64,000 nt of DNA, taken from NCBI GenBank assembly GCA_965209055.1, contig OZ242374.1:3072001-3136000 (forward strand), given 5' to 3'. How positions within the stretch are numbered: position 1 is the first letter of the stretch; each line of letters starts with the position of its first letter. The notes beneath the pieces were generated by a model, which was not told the DNA's origin, made no database searches, and saw nothing but the letters and a program-made list of their open reading frames with translations. Position numbers and translations under genes: made by a program. The stretch comes from Acidobacteriota bacterium (GTDB lineage: Bacteria > Acidobacteriota > UBA6911 > RPQK01 > JAJDTT01). This document shows, one piece after another, positions 10,767 through 20,425 of this stretch.

Positions 10767-10767
10767 C

Positions 10768-11100
10768 TCAGACGCGGCGTCTGGGACCCAGCTCCGGCTT
10801 GTCTTCATACTGCTTGAAGATGTACTTGATCACGTTCTTGGGGATCAGGAGATTCGGCTCGGTTTCGCGGTTCACTTTGATGCAGTTTCGGTCGTACCAT
10901 TCGATGACTCCCCGGATCTCCTCTCCGTCGATGAGTCGCACCACCATGGGGGTTTTCCCCGTCATCTGCTTCAGGTAGTAATACTGCTCCGCGTTGGTCT
11001 GTTCGGGCGGAACCCGCCGCTTCGGGCCGTCGGAGTACTTGTTGGAACTCTGCTCTCGCAGTCCCGAAAGCGAGGGTCGTATCAGTTTCCGGTTAACCAT
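10768..11100 (-). CDS. Hfq/Sm-like RNA chaperone paralog
   Basis: YYLKQM..KTPMVVRLIDGEEIRGVIEWYD..CIK....NLLIPK..IKYI matches the Sm1/Sm2 layout of Hfq. Confidence 0.8.
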   Translation of the reverse strand: MVNRKLIRPSLSGLREQSSNKYSDGPKRRVPPEQTNAEQYYYLKQMTGKTPMVVRLIDGEEIRGVIEWYDRNCIKVNRETEPNLLIPKNVIKYIFKQYEDKPELGPRRRV

Positions 11101-11220
11101 GGTGACCTCATCCTGGGCTGAGTCTTGCTCTCGTATTGTGGTTGAAATGAAAAGGACCAATAAGAGAGAGGAGAATCTCTAAAAGCGCTGTCTCAAAAAG
11201 CCTAGCACAAATGCCTGTTT

Positions 11221-11249
11221 TTGACAAGAAGGGACACCGCAAATAGACT
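11221..11249 (+). promoter_or_regulatory. sigma70-type promoter
   Basis: TTGACA (11221-11226), 17-nt spacer, TAGACT (11244-11249), 13 nt upstream of ATG 11263. Confidence 0.7.
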
Positions 11250-11262
11250 AGTTTGCGGCAGT

Positions 11263-11685
11263 ATGAGGGCCCTCACCTACCCCCTTTTTCTACTTGCATT
11301 GACGCTGCCCCTGCAGGACCGGAGATTGGGGCGCAAGCCGGTCCTGATTCGAGCGGATGACGCCTCCTCGCAGGAGCAGGAGGAGGTTCCTCCCGAGCCC
11401 GATCCGGACAAGGCCCGCAAGGCCGTGGAGATCGGAAACTTCTACTACAAGCGGGAGAACTACAAGGCGGCGGAAGTCCGCTACCGGGAGGCGATTCTCT
11501 ACGGTCCCGAATGGCCCAGGGGTTACGAGAAACTGGTCCGGACCCTGGAGACCATGGCCCGATACGACCAGGCGATCCAGGCTTGCCGGGATTTTCTCAA
11601 GGCCGCGCCGGATTCCAAGAAGGCTCCCGAATTCGAGCGCCGGGCGAAGCGTCTGGAACAGAAGCTGGGTAGCGGGGCCGACTGA
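11263..11685 (+). CDS. Exported TPR protein
   Basis: Hydrophobic N-terminus; EIGNFYYKRENYKAA..RYREA TPR pattern. Confidence 0.8.
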   Translation: MRALTYPLFLLALTLPLQDRRLGRKPVLIRADDASSQEQEEVPPEPDPDKARKAVEIGNFYYKRENYKAAEVRYREAILYGPEWPRGYEKLVRTLETMARYDQAIQACRDFLKAAPDSKKAPEFERRAKRLEQKLGSGAD

Positions 11686-11696
11686 AGAAAGGAGAC

Positions 11697-11864
11697 GAGC
11701 GCCGGTTTTCCAACCGCCGGACTCCCGAGCAGCAGGAGAACAGGAGCGATGCCGGGCGATTAGGAAATCGCCCTTCCGAAGACCGGAGCGGCGGTTTCCT
11801 AACCGCCGGACTCCCGAGCAGCAGAGCGACGGCGCAAGAACGGACGATTGTAGTTCGCCCCTCC
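11697..11864. repeat. REP/BIME-like cluster of four alternating palindromic units
   Basis: Direct copies of (G)GAGCG.CGGTTT.C.AACCGCCGGACTCCCGAGCAGCAG at about 11697 and 11785, alternating with inverted units GGGCGATTAGGAAATCGCCCTTCC (11754) and GGACGATTGTAGTTCGCCCCTCC (11842). Confidence 0.75.
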
Positions 11865-11890
11865 TTTTTCAAAGAAGACCGTTCCCCGGA

Positions 11891-12592
11891 TCATCTCTTC
11901 CGCGGCCGTTTGCCCCGCCGTCGCCGACGCCGGCGTTGATTGCAATTTCGGCGGGAGGTGTCGACCTCGTAGTTCAGACAGCACTTGAGCCGGCCGCACA
12001 TGCCGGAGAGCCGATTCATGCTCATTCTCAAGTCCTGACGTTTGACGGTTCGCACGCTCACCGACTTCAGTTCCTTCAGGAACAGGGCCGAGCAATTCTG
12101 TCCCAGGCCACAGCAACCGAGTCCGCCGACGAGCTTGGCCTCATCCCGAGCCCCCACTTGCCGCATTTCGATTCTGGTCCTCAGGCGGCGCGCCAACTGT
12201 TTGACCAGACGTCGAAAGTCGACTCGGCGATTCGCGGTGAAGTAGATGATGACGCGGCTTCCGTCGAAGACGTACTCGACTTCGGACAGCTTCATGGGTA
12301 GCTTGTGTGCCTTGATCTGCTTGCGGCAAAGACGGTACGCCGTATTCTCCCAGTCCTTCTTTTTCTCGTACAGGTAGAGATCCCGTTCCGTGGCCCGCCG
12401 CAGAGCCTTGCCCAGAGTCGTTTCCTTGGTCCCGTTGCTGTCGAGTTGTCGACTGTCCAGGACCATCCCCATCTCCACGCCCCGCTCGGTGGAGACCACA
12501 CAGCGGTCTCCAATCCGAAAGCTCATGTTCGTCGCCAGGAACCTGCCGATCGTCTTCCGGAGTCCGAATCTCAACGTGAGCAATTCGTACAT
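11891..12592 (-). CDS. PSP1-domain / RicT (YaaT)-family protein
   Basis: YFTA..RVDFR.LV..LA, RIEMRQVGARDEAK..GG.G.CG and SGMCGRLKCCLNYE. Confidence 0.9.
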   Translation of the reverse strand: MYELLTLRFGLRKTIGRFLATNMSFRIGDRCVVSTERGVEMGMVLDSRQLDSNGTKETTLGKALRRATERDLYLYEKKKDWENTAYRLCRKQIKAHKLPMKLSEVEYVFDGSRVIIYFTANRRVDFRRLVKQLARRLRTRIEMRQVGARDEAKLVGGLGCCGLGQNCSALFLKELKSVSVRTVKRQDLRMSMNRLSGMCGRLKCCLNYEVDTSRRNCNQRRRRRRRGKRPRKR

Positions 12593-12593
12593 G

Positions 12594-13652
12594 TCATGCC
12601 CTTCCGGCCAATTTCAACCAGAGGGTCTCGAAGCAGAAGAGGGGCTGCACGTTCCTGTCCAGATCCTCGCGCGCCTCCCGGAGATGGTAAAGGAGATCCC
12701 GAATCCAGTCCAGATCGACGCTTTCCGCCAGTTCCAGCAACCGGTCCCGGCGATCCAGGTTCACCATTCTGGACTCGGTCCCGGTTCGAAGGAAATACAG
12801 GTCTTCAGCCAGGTGCCTCAATATTTCCAGATACTCCCGCACTCGCTCTCTGCTCTTGAGGTCGCGCCGCATGGGCTCTTCCTCGCAGGCCTCGAAGAGT
12901 CGGGAGAAGGAGGCGTTGGACAGCCATTGCTGGAGCACGGCCAGAACCCGGTCCCGGTCCTGCAGGGCTTGCTCCAGGTCCAACTGCAGCGCTTGTCCGA
13001 TGCTGCCGCCGGCGAATGCCGCCCGCAGCTTCGCCTCTTCGGCTCCGTACCGGATCTCCAGATAACTCCTGAGCTGGTTGCGTGTCAGAGGCCGGAAAAC
13101 GAAGATTTGGCATCGGGATCGAATGGTTGGGAGAAGCTGGTTGGGAAAGGCCGTCGTCAGGATGATCCGGCTGGTCTCGGCCGGTTCTTCAAGCGTCTTG
13201 AGGATGGAGTTGGCGGCTTCCCGTGTCATCTTTTCCGCCTGGTCCAGGACGAAGACCCGAAAGGTTCCTTGAAAGGGCCGGAAACGGGCTTCCCGGTTCA
13301 ACTGGCGGACGGTCTCGATTCCGATGGAAGCCCCGGTGGCCTGGATGAGGCGGATATCCGGATGGTTGCCTCCCGCCACCTTCGCGCACGATTCGCAGTT
13401 TCCGCAGAAGTCCCCAGCGGACCGGTTTCTACAGTCGGTCCGGGCGGCGAGGCCCAGCGCCAGGGTCTTCTTGCCGACTCCTTCGGGTCCGGCAAAGAGA
13501 GCGGACTGGGGCAGGGAAGCTCTCTTCACGCGGCTGACGAGCTCGTGGTTCCCGATGAAATCCTTCAGACGGACCAAGCCATCCCCCGGCGACACGCCGG
13601 AACCGGAACCAGCGGACGGTCTGCGCTTGGCGGCGCGACGCTTGGCGGCCAT
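12594..13652 (-). CDS. holB: DNA polymerase III delta' subunit
   Basis: LFAGPEGVGK, CGNCESC...HPD, AANSILKTLEEP and LLPTIRSRC. Confidence 0.93.
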   Translation of the reverse strand: MAAKRRAAKRRPSAGSGSGVSPGDGLVRLKDFIGNHELVSRVKRASLPQSALFAGPEGVGKKTLALGLAARTDCRNRSAGDFCGNCESCAKVAGGNHPDIRLIQATGASIGIETVRQLNREARFRPFQGTFRVFVLDQAEKMTREAANSILKTLEEPAETSRIILTTAFPNQLLPTIRSRCQIFVFRPLTRNQLRSYLEIRYGAEEAKLRAAFAGGSIGQALQLDLEQALQDRDRVLAVLQQWLSNASFSRLFEACEEEPMRRDLKSRERVREYLEILRHLAEDLYFLRTGTESRMVNLDRRDRLLELAESVDLDWIRDLLYHLREAREDLDRNVQPLFCFETLWLKLAGRA

Positions 13653-13694
13653 CTCTTCGCCATGCCGGCGGCCCCTCCTGGCGAGCAGTGCGGG

Positions 13695-14333
13695 CTAGCC
13701 GATCAGTGCTTTCCCCTCCAGTTCGGACAGCAGTTTCTTCAGAGTCTCCTGCGGGTCTCCGGAAGCGTCAACCAGCGTGATCCGGTCCGGATCCCGCTCT
13801 GCCAAGAGTCGATATCCCTCCCGGACCCGCCGGTGGAACCGCATGGTCTCCGCTTCGAAGCGGCCCCAAGCCTGGTTGCCCTCGACGGCATTCCTCCTGC
13901 GGGCGCGAGCCAACCCGGATTCCACTTCCAGATCCAGGATCAGGGTCATATCGGGCATGCGGATCCGGAGAGGACGTGCGAGTTCGTCGACCAGCGAGAA
14001 TCCGATGCCGCGGGCGTAACCCTGATAGGCCAGCGTCGCGGCGTGGTAGCGATCGCAAAGGACCGTTCGCCCCTGCCGCAGCGCCGGTTCGATCACCTCC
14101 GCCAGATGCTGAAAACGGTCCGCCAGGTACAAGAGCAGTTCGGCCTCGGCCTCCCGGCCGGGTCCCCTGGATTCCAGGAGGATGCGGCGCAGGCGCGAAC
14201 CGAAGGGAGTGCCGCCCGGCTCCCGGGTCACGACGGTGGGAATATCGCGTCTCCTGAACTCTTCCGCCAGCAGCGACAACTGCAGCGTTTTTCCCGAACC
14301 CTCGATGCCTTCGAGTGCTATGAATCGGCCCAC
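13695..14333 (-). CDS. tmk: Thymidylate kinase
   Basis: FIALEGIEGSGKT, TREPGGT, LCDRY and AYQG. Confidence 0.96.
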   Translation of the reverse strand: MGRFIALEGIEGSGKTLQLSLLAEEFRRRDIPTVVTREPGGTPFGSRLRRILLESRGPGREAEAELLLYLADRFQHLAEVIEPALRQGRTVLCDRYHAATLAYQGYARGIGFSLVDELARPLRIRMPDMTLILDLEVESGLARARRRNAVEGNQAWGRFEAETMRFHRRVREGYRLLAERDPDRITLVDASGDPQETLKKLLSELEGKALIG

Positions 14334-14494
14334 GGATCCCCCGCCGATGCCGAGTTGCAGGCCTTCCGGCTGGTCCTGAAACAAGGGTTGCACATAGTAC
14401 CATACGGCCCGGCGGGTGCAGGTTGCCGGATCTGCCGCTCACTCGTTGATTTCGAAGAGCGCTCACGGTTTGCCCTCGGATATACTGGCTGCCG

Positions 14495-15184
14495 ATGCAG
14501 GATTTGAGATCCCGACTGGACAGTCTGCTGGCCGAAATCGACCGGACGGCGCGGTCCTGCGGCCGGGACGGGCGCGACGTTCAACTTCTGGCCGTGACCA
14601 AGGTGTTTCCCGCCGCGGTCGTTTCACACGCCGTCGCGGCCGGGCAGACACGGTTTGGCGAGAATCGTGTTCAGGAGGCCGCAGCCAAGATTCCCGCCGT
14701 GGGCGATTCCGCACTGGAGTGGCATCTGATCGGCCATCTCCAATCCAACAAGGTGCGCCGGGCGGTCCAGCTTTTCGACGTGATCCAGACCCTGGACAGT
14801 GAGAAGCTCATCTCCAGGGTGGCCCGATGCGCCCGGGAGATGGGAAAGGCTCTCGCCGTCTACATCCAGGTCAATCTGGGCCGGGAGACACAGAAATACG
14901 GCGTCGACCCCGCCACCGCGGGACAGCTCGTGAGGCTGGTGGACCGGTCGCCGCCCCTGGTTCTCCAGGGCTTGATGGCCATTCCACCCTATGCCGCGGA
15001 CCCGGAAGCATCGAGACCCTATTTTCGGCAGTTGGCCCGATTGGCCCGGGAAATCAGCCGATCCCGGCCGGAGCCCCTCACCGGCCTTTCCATGGGAATG
15101 AGCCACGACTATCGCGTGGCCATCGAGGAAGGGGCCACCTTGCTCAGGGTCGGGTCGAAGCTGTTCGGAAAACGCCCCTCTTGA
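14495..15184 (+). CDS. yggS: PLP homeostasis protein YggS/PLPBP
   Basis: LLAVTK, FGENRVQE, WHLIGHLQSNK, LSMGMS.D and EEGAT..RVG. Confidence 0.95.
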   Translation: MQDLRSRLDSLLAEIDRTARSCGRDGRDVQLLAVTKVFPAAVVSHAVAAGQTRFGENRVQEAAAKIPAVGDSALEWHLIGHLQSNKVRRAVQLFDVIQTLDSEKLISRVARCAREMGKALAVYIQVNLGRETQKYGVDPATAGQLVRLVDRSPPLVLQGLMAIPPYAADPEASRPYFRQLARLAREISRSRPEPLTGLSMGMSHDYRVAIEEGATLLRVGSKLFGKRPS

Positions 15185-15356
15185 GGGGCCGTTTTCGGTT
15201 CCAGACTGGAGATTCCGGGTTCCGGAGGAACCGGAGGTGCGACTTCAACCCCAAGTCCCGGCGGGGGCGGTTTGCACCTCATCCTGTCAGGGGCCCCTGC
15301 TACAATCCGCCGCACTTTTTGTGAAAATTAAATAATTCACCGGTTGGGAGGGGAGC

Positions 15357-18062
15357 ATGGGGAAGCTGGCGGAAGCGGTATCGGGGTCTCGGATCGGGCT
15401 TGAGCATCATTTCTCCAGACCCGACATCCATCCGTTCGACGACGTGGAATGGGAGACGCGTTCCGCTGAAATCAAGGATTGGAAGACGGGCAAGGTCAGT
15501 TTCCGCCAGGACGATCTGGAGTTTCCCAAGTTCTGGTCCCAACGGGCCACCGACATCGTTTCCAGCAAATACTTCCGCGGCCACCTGGGCACCCCCGGGC
15601 GGGAGCGGAGCGTCAAGCAGCTCATCGGGCGCATCGTCGACACCATCACGGGTTGGGGTTCCAAGATGGATTACTTCGACTCGGACGCCGACGCCAAGAC
15701 CTTCAACTACGAGTTGAGCTACCTGCTGTTGCACCAGGTTGCGGCGTTCAATTCGCCGGTTCAGTTCAACGTCGGGATCAAAAAGAAGCCCCAGTGCTCC
15801 GCCTGCTTCATCAATACCGTGGACGATTCCATGGAGCACATCATGAAGCTGGCCCGGACCGAAGCCACCATCTTCAAGGGTGGGTCCGGCTCGGGCGTGA
15901 ACCTGTCCAATATCCGCGCCTCCACGGAACCCCTCGCCGCCGGCGGCTTCGCTTCCGGTCCCGTCTCCTTCATGCGGGGATACGACAGCTTCGCCGGAGC
16001 GATCAAAAGCGGCGGCGCAACGCGCCGGGCCGCCAAGATGGTCATCCTGGACGCCGAACATCCCGATATCGAGGAATACATCTGGTGCAAGGCCAAGGAG
16101 GAAAAGAAGGCTCAACAGCTCATCGAATTGGGTTACGACGACTCCATCGATGGCGAGGCCTACCGGTCCGTCCAATTCCAGAACGCCAACAACAGTGTCG
16201 GAGTGACCGATGAATTCATGAAGGCCGTGATTTCCGACGGCGAGTGGCGAACTCGACGGGTCACCGACGGCAAGGTCGACCGCGTCTACAAGGCTGCCGA
16301 TATGATGCAGTGGATTGCCGAAGCGACTTGGCAGTGCGGCGATCCCGGCCTGCAATTCAAGACCACTCTCAATGAGTGGCACACCAGTCCCAACGCGGGC
16401 CCCATCAACGCTTGCAATCCCTGCTCCGAGTATGTCTTCCTCGACAACTCGGCGTGCAATCTGGCCTCCCTGAACTTGATGAAGTTCCTGAAGCGGGACG
16501 GACAGTTCGACACCAAGTCCTTCCGCCATGCCGTATCCGTCTTGATCCTGGCTCAGGAGATCATCGTCGACAACTCCAGCTATCCCACCGAAGAGATCGA
16601 AGAGATCAGTCATGATTTCAGGACGTTGGGATTGGGATACGCGAATCTGGGAGCGTACCTGATGGCGCAGGGGCTGCCCTACGACAGCGACCAGGCGCGG
16701 AACACGGCCGCGGCCATCAGCGCGCTGATGACGGGACAGGCCTACTTGACCAGCGCCCGGATCGCGGAGCGCATGGGGACTTTCGCCGGGTTCGAGAGCA
16801 ACCGCATTCCCATGATGGGTGTCATCCACAAGCACCGGAGCGCCCTCACCCAGATCGATTCGGCCCTGGTGCCCATGAACCTGCTCCACGCCGGCATGGA
16901 GGTTTGGGACAAAGCCATCGAGAAGGGGACTCAATCGGGCTTCCGGAATGCCCAGGTGACCCTGCTGGCTCCGACGGGGACCATCGCCTTCATGATGGAC
17001 TGCGACACCACCGGCATCGAGCCGGACTTCTCACTGGTGAAGATCAAGAAGCTGGTCGGTGGCGGCACCCTCAAGATCGTCAACCACACCATTCCCCGGG
17101 CTCTCCGGACTCTGGGGTACGACGAGGGTGAGCAGAAGGCGATTCTGGACTACATCAACCGGAAGGATACGGTGGAGGGTGCGCCCAACCTGGTGCGGGA
17201 CCATCTCCCCGTGTTCGATTGCGCGGACACTCCGGCGAATGGGGTGCGCTCCATTCATCCCATGGGGCACATCAAGATGTGCGGCGCCGTGCAGCCCTTT
17301 CTCTCCGGAGCGATTTCCAAGACGGTCAACCTGCCCAATTCGGCCACGGTCGAGGAGATCAAGGACGCCTATATCCAGGGCTGGAAACACGGGATGAAGT
17401 CTGTCTCCATTTACCGGGACGGATGCAAACTGGTCCAGCCGCTGTCGACCAAGGACAGCAGCCGCCAGGTTCTCGCGGCTCAGCACCGGAACATGCCCAA
17501 GGATCATCCGGCGCTGCAGCATGAATTCCGAATTCGTGGTTTCAAGGGTTTCCTGACCATGGGGATGTATCCGGAAGACGAAGAGTTGGGCGAGATCTTC
17601 GTCAATTTTTCGAAGCAGGGATCGACGCTGCAAGGCATGGCCATGGCGTGGGCCATCGCCATTTCCATGGGGGTTCAACGCGGAGTGCCCATCGAGGACT
17701 ATATCCGCATGTTCTCTCACATGAGCTTCGAGCCGGCAGGGTTTACCGACAATCCCCAGATCCCCTTCGCCACGTCCATTCCCGATTACGTGGTCCGGTA
17801 CTTGGCGAGCCGGTTCCTCGACACCGAGATTCAGGAGGAGCTCGGGATCCATCAGGTCCGGCCCAACGGCAGTGTCCAGGATGGCGTCCAGGTGAGTTTC
17901 CCCGAGTACTCGCGGTCTGCCGAACCGGCCAGCCCGTCCGGAAAGCTGGTGGAGGATGTTCGGGCGGACTCGCCCGCCTGCCTCCAGTGCGGGAACCTGA
18001 TGCAGCGGAACGGAAACTGCTACGTGTGCACCGTCTGCGGCACCACGTCAGGATGTAGTTGA
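15357..18062 (+). CDS. nrdJ: Vitamin B12-dependent (class II) ribonucleotide reductase with C-terminal TSCPD-like domain and Zn ribbon
   Basis: Q.SACFI, GGATRRAAKM, NPCSE..FL, APTGTI..MMDC.TTGIEP, TSIPDY and terminal CxxC...CxxC..SGCS. Confidence 0.95.
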   Translation: MGKLAEAVSGSRIGLEHHFSRPDIHPFDDVEWETRSAEIKDWKTGKVSFRQDDLEFPKFWSQRATDIVSSKYFRGHLGTPGRERSVKQLIGRIVDTITGWGSKMDYFDSDADAKTFNYELSYLLLHQVAAFNSPVQFNVGIKKKPQCSACFINTVDDSMEHIMKLARTEATIFKGGSGSGVNLSNIRASTEPLAAGGFASGPVSFMRGYDSFAGAIKSGGATRRAAKMVILDAEHPDIEEYIWCKAKEEKKAQQLIELGYDDSIDGEAYRSVQFQNANNSVGVTDEFMKAVISDGEWRTRRVTDGKVDRVYKAADMMQWIAEATWQCGDPGLQFKTTLNEWHTSPNAGPINACNPCSEYVFLDNSACNLASLNLMKFLKRDGQFDTKSFRHAVSVLILAQEIIVDNSSYPTEEIEEISHDFRTLGLGYANLGAYLMAQGLPYDSDQARNTAAAISALMTGQAYLTSARIAERMGTFAGFESNRIPMMGVIHKHRSALTQIDSALVPMNLLHAGMEVWDKAIEKGTQSGFRNAQVTLLAPTGTIAFMMDCDTTGIEPDFSLVKIKKLVGGGTLKIVNHTIPRALRTLGYDEGEQKAILDYINRKDTVEGAPNLVRDHLPVFDCADTPANGVRSIHPMGHIKMCGAVQPFLSGAISKTVNLPNSATVEEIKDAYIQGWKHGMKSVSIYRDGCKLVQPLSTKDSSRQVLAAQHRNMPKDHPALQHEFRIRGFKGFLTMGMYPEDEELGEIFVNFSKQGSTLQGMAMAWAIAISMGVQRGVPIEDYIRMFSHMSFEPAGFTDNPQIPFATSIPDYVVRYLASRFLDTEIQEELGIHQVRPNGSVQDGVQVSFPEYSRSAEPASPSGKLVEDVRADSPACLQCGNLMQRNGNCYVCTVCGTTSGCS

Positions 18063-18075
18063 AGCCTCTTGGCGA

Positions 18076-18945
18076 CTAGAACGGAGACTTGAACTCTTTC
18101 GAAAGTCCGAATGCCACGCCGTAGGACGGGTCGGTGTCTCGCAGCCCGGCAAAGCCGCCCAGATCCAGGTAGATCCCTCCCACCCGGATCTCCAGCGCGA
18201 TTCGCATCCTCTTTCGTTGCTCGGTTCCGATGCCCGATCGACTGGCAATGATGTCGGGTGACACCGGAATTCCCGTGTGGCGGCCGGACCCGGCCCTTCC
18301 GTAGAAATCGCCCACCAGATTGATCTTGGAAGTGATCGGGTAGATCATCCCCACCCCGTACAGGACCAGGTCGTCTTGGGCTGCCGCATCCAACGGGTCC
18401 CCCAAGAGCGCGAGACCCATGTTGATGAAGCCCCTCAGGCGGCCGAAACGCCGCTCCATGACGAGCGCGGAGAAGATGTTCGTCACGTCATTTCCGATGC
18501 CGGTCTCGTTCGATGCGATGGGAATCTGGGCGAGGAAGTGCAGTCCCATCGCTGGCCAACCGTTCTTCTCGTCCAGAAACCGGACCTTGGAGCCGACGAA
18601 AAGGTCGCCATAGTCGCTGGTCGAGTTTCCGGAAAAGGCGAGTTTCTCCGTGTGCGGAGCGGGGAACCTCTCGGAAATGGCCAAGGATTCCTGAACGGTC
18701 CAGCCCATCTGGAGTTCGGCTTTGGGTCCGACCCCAAAGCGCAGATCGCAGACACCGGCGCGGGTCAGGTTCCCCTTCAGCCCCGAGAGCCGGAAAGTGG
18801 CGTCCTGGAAGTGCTCGAAGCCGAGTCCGAAGCGGGTCATTCCTTCGGGAACGGTGCTGGCGGGTTCCGTATTCAGAGAACGTTCCTGAGCAAACAGGGA
18901 TCCGGAGAGGAGGACAAGCGCCGGCAGGACCGTGATCCGCTTCAT
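18076..18945 (-). CDS. Exported, probable outer-membrane beta-barrel protein
   Basis: Signal peptide MKRITVLPALVLLSGSLFA/QE, alternating beta-strand pattern, C-terminal Phe. Confidence 0.65.
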   Translation of the reverse strand: MKRITVLPALVLLSGSLFAQERSLNTEPASTVPEGMTRFGLGFEHFQDATFRLSGLKGNLTRAGVCDLRFGVGPKAELQMGWTVQESLAISERFPAPHTEKLAFSGNSTSDYGDLFVGSKVRFLDEKNGWPAMGLHFLAQIPIASNETGIGNDVTNIFSALVMERRFGRLRGFINMGLALLGDPLDAAAQDDLVLYGVGMIYPITSKINLVGDFYGRAGSGRHTGIPVSPDIIASRSGIGTEQRKRMRIALEIRVGGIYLDLGGFAGLRDTDPSYGVAFGLSKEFKSPF

Positions 18946-19157
18946 CCGGGGGAGTGTATGGACGCCTCCGAGGCGAGTCAACTTGCCCGCATTTCTCGCC
19001 AGGGGGCGCGCGCCCAGCGCAGTCTGTCCCGGAGAAACTATGGAAAAACCTCCGTAAATGTTCAAAAAAATCTTTTTCATCGTACGCATAGCGACCTGGT
19101 GAGAAATGCGGGCTAGGGCCAGACGCGGGACCGCGGACGATGGATGACCGGCCGCTC

Positions 19158-20276
19158 TTAACCGAACACTTCCTTGACCTTGCCGAAGAAACCCTCGTTG
19201 TCCCGGCTCGACTTCTCGATGGTGTCCAATTGGAGCAGCAACTCCCGTTGTTCCCGGCTCAGCCGCTTCGGAAAGGTGACCTTGATTCTGACAAACTGAT
19301 CCCCGCGGCCGTGTCCTCGAAGACTCATGACTCCGCGCCCCCTGAGACGGAAGACCGTACCGGGTTGCGTGCCTTCGGGCAGCCGCAATTTTTCCGTCCC
19401 CTGCAATGTCGGGACCACCAGTTCTGTTCCCAGCGCGGCCTGAACGAAACTCACCGGAACCTCGCAGTGAAGGTCGTTCTGATCCCGGCTGAAAAAGGGG
19501 TGTTCCTCGACGGAAAGGACCACGTAGAGGTCTCCCGAAGGTCCCTTGTTGGGCCCGGCCTCTCCTTCGCCGACGATGCGCAGCTTCGAACCCTGGTCCA
19601 CGCCAGGCGGAATCTTGATCTCCAGGACCTTCTCTCGCTGAATCCGGCCCGCCCCGTGGCACTGGCGGCACCGGTTCTTGACGATCCGTCCCGAGCCCTG
19701 GCATTGGGAACAGGTGCGGCTGATGGTAAAAAAGCCCTGCTGATAGCGTTGCTGGCCCTGACCTTGACAGGCCGGGCAGATGACGGGACCGGTTCCGGGG
19801 TCGGCGCCGGAGCCGTTACACGGTTCGCAGGTCTCTTGTCTGGGAATCTTGATCTTGGTCGTGGCTCCGAAGACGGCGTCCTCGAATGAGATTCTGAAAT
19901 CGTACCTCAGATCGGCGCCCCGGCGGGCCCGGGTCCCGCGGCCGGATCGTCCGCCGCCGAAGACGTCGCCGAATCCGAACAGATCGCCCAGGATATCGCT
20001 GAAGTCGGCGAAGGGATCGCCGCTGAATCCTCCACCCGGGCCTCCCGCGCCGCTCACGCCGGCATGGCCAAAGCGGTCGTACTGGGTGCGCTTCTGCGGG
20101 TCGATCAGAACGCTGTAGGCTTCGGCGGCCTCCTTGAAACGCTCTTCGGCCTGTTTGTCTCCCGGATTCTTGTCCGGATGGTACTTGATGGCGAGCTTGC
20201 GGTACGCTGCCTTCAGGTCCTGCTGAGAGGCCTTGCGGCCCACCCCCAGAACTTCGTAATAATCTCTTTTGGACAA
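19158..20276 (-). CDS. dnaJ: Chaperone DnaJ
   Basis: DYYEVLG, HPD, G/F-rich region and four CxxCxGxG repeats. Confidence 0.98.
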   Translation of the reverse strand: MSKRDYYEVLGVGRKASQQDLKAAYRKLAIKYHPDKNPGDKQAEERFKEAAEAYSVLIDPQKRTQYDRFGHAGVSGAGGPGGGFSGDPFADFSDILGDLFGFGDVFGGGRSGRGTRARRGADLRYDFRISFEDAVFGATTKIKIPRQETCEPCNGSGADPGTGPVICPACQGQGQQRYQQGFFTISRTCSQCQGSGRIVKNRCRQCHGAGRIQREKVLEIKIPPGVDQGSKLRIVGEGEAGPNKGPSGDLYVVLSVEEHPFFSRDQNDLHCEVPVSFVQAALGTELVVPTLQGTEKLRLPEGTQPGTVFRLRGRGVMSLRGHGRGDQFVRIKVTFPKRLSREQRELLLQLDTIEKSSRDNEGFFGKVKEVFG

Positions 20277-20425
20277 AGCCGCTTTCTCCCTCTCCCAGCG
20301 GAGTCACGCCTCGGTTGCGATTCCCGATGAGGCGACGGTCGCCCCTAAAATAAGATCGTTGGCCGACCGATTCAAGGAACCCGATTTTTCATGCCGGACC
20401 GCACCCTTCCGCTGGGACGATCGGG

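Noticed and set aside
11697-11864. Possible mini-CRISPR
   Set aside because: Units alternate in orientation, spacers are related to each other and there are no cas genes; REP-like instead
18076-19704. 542-aa ORF overlapping dnaJ
   Set aside because: The true start is most likely ATG 18945 (signal peptide); the upstream part is an off-frame extension
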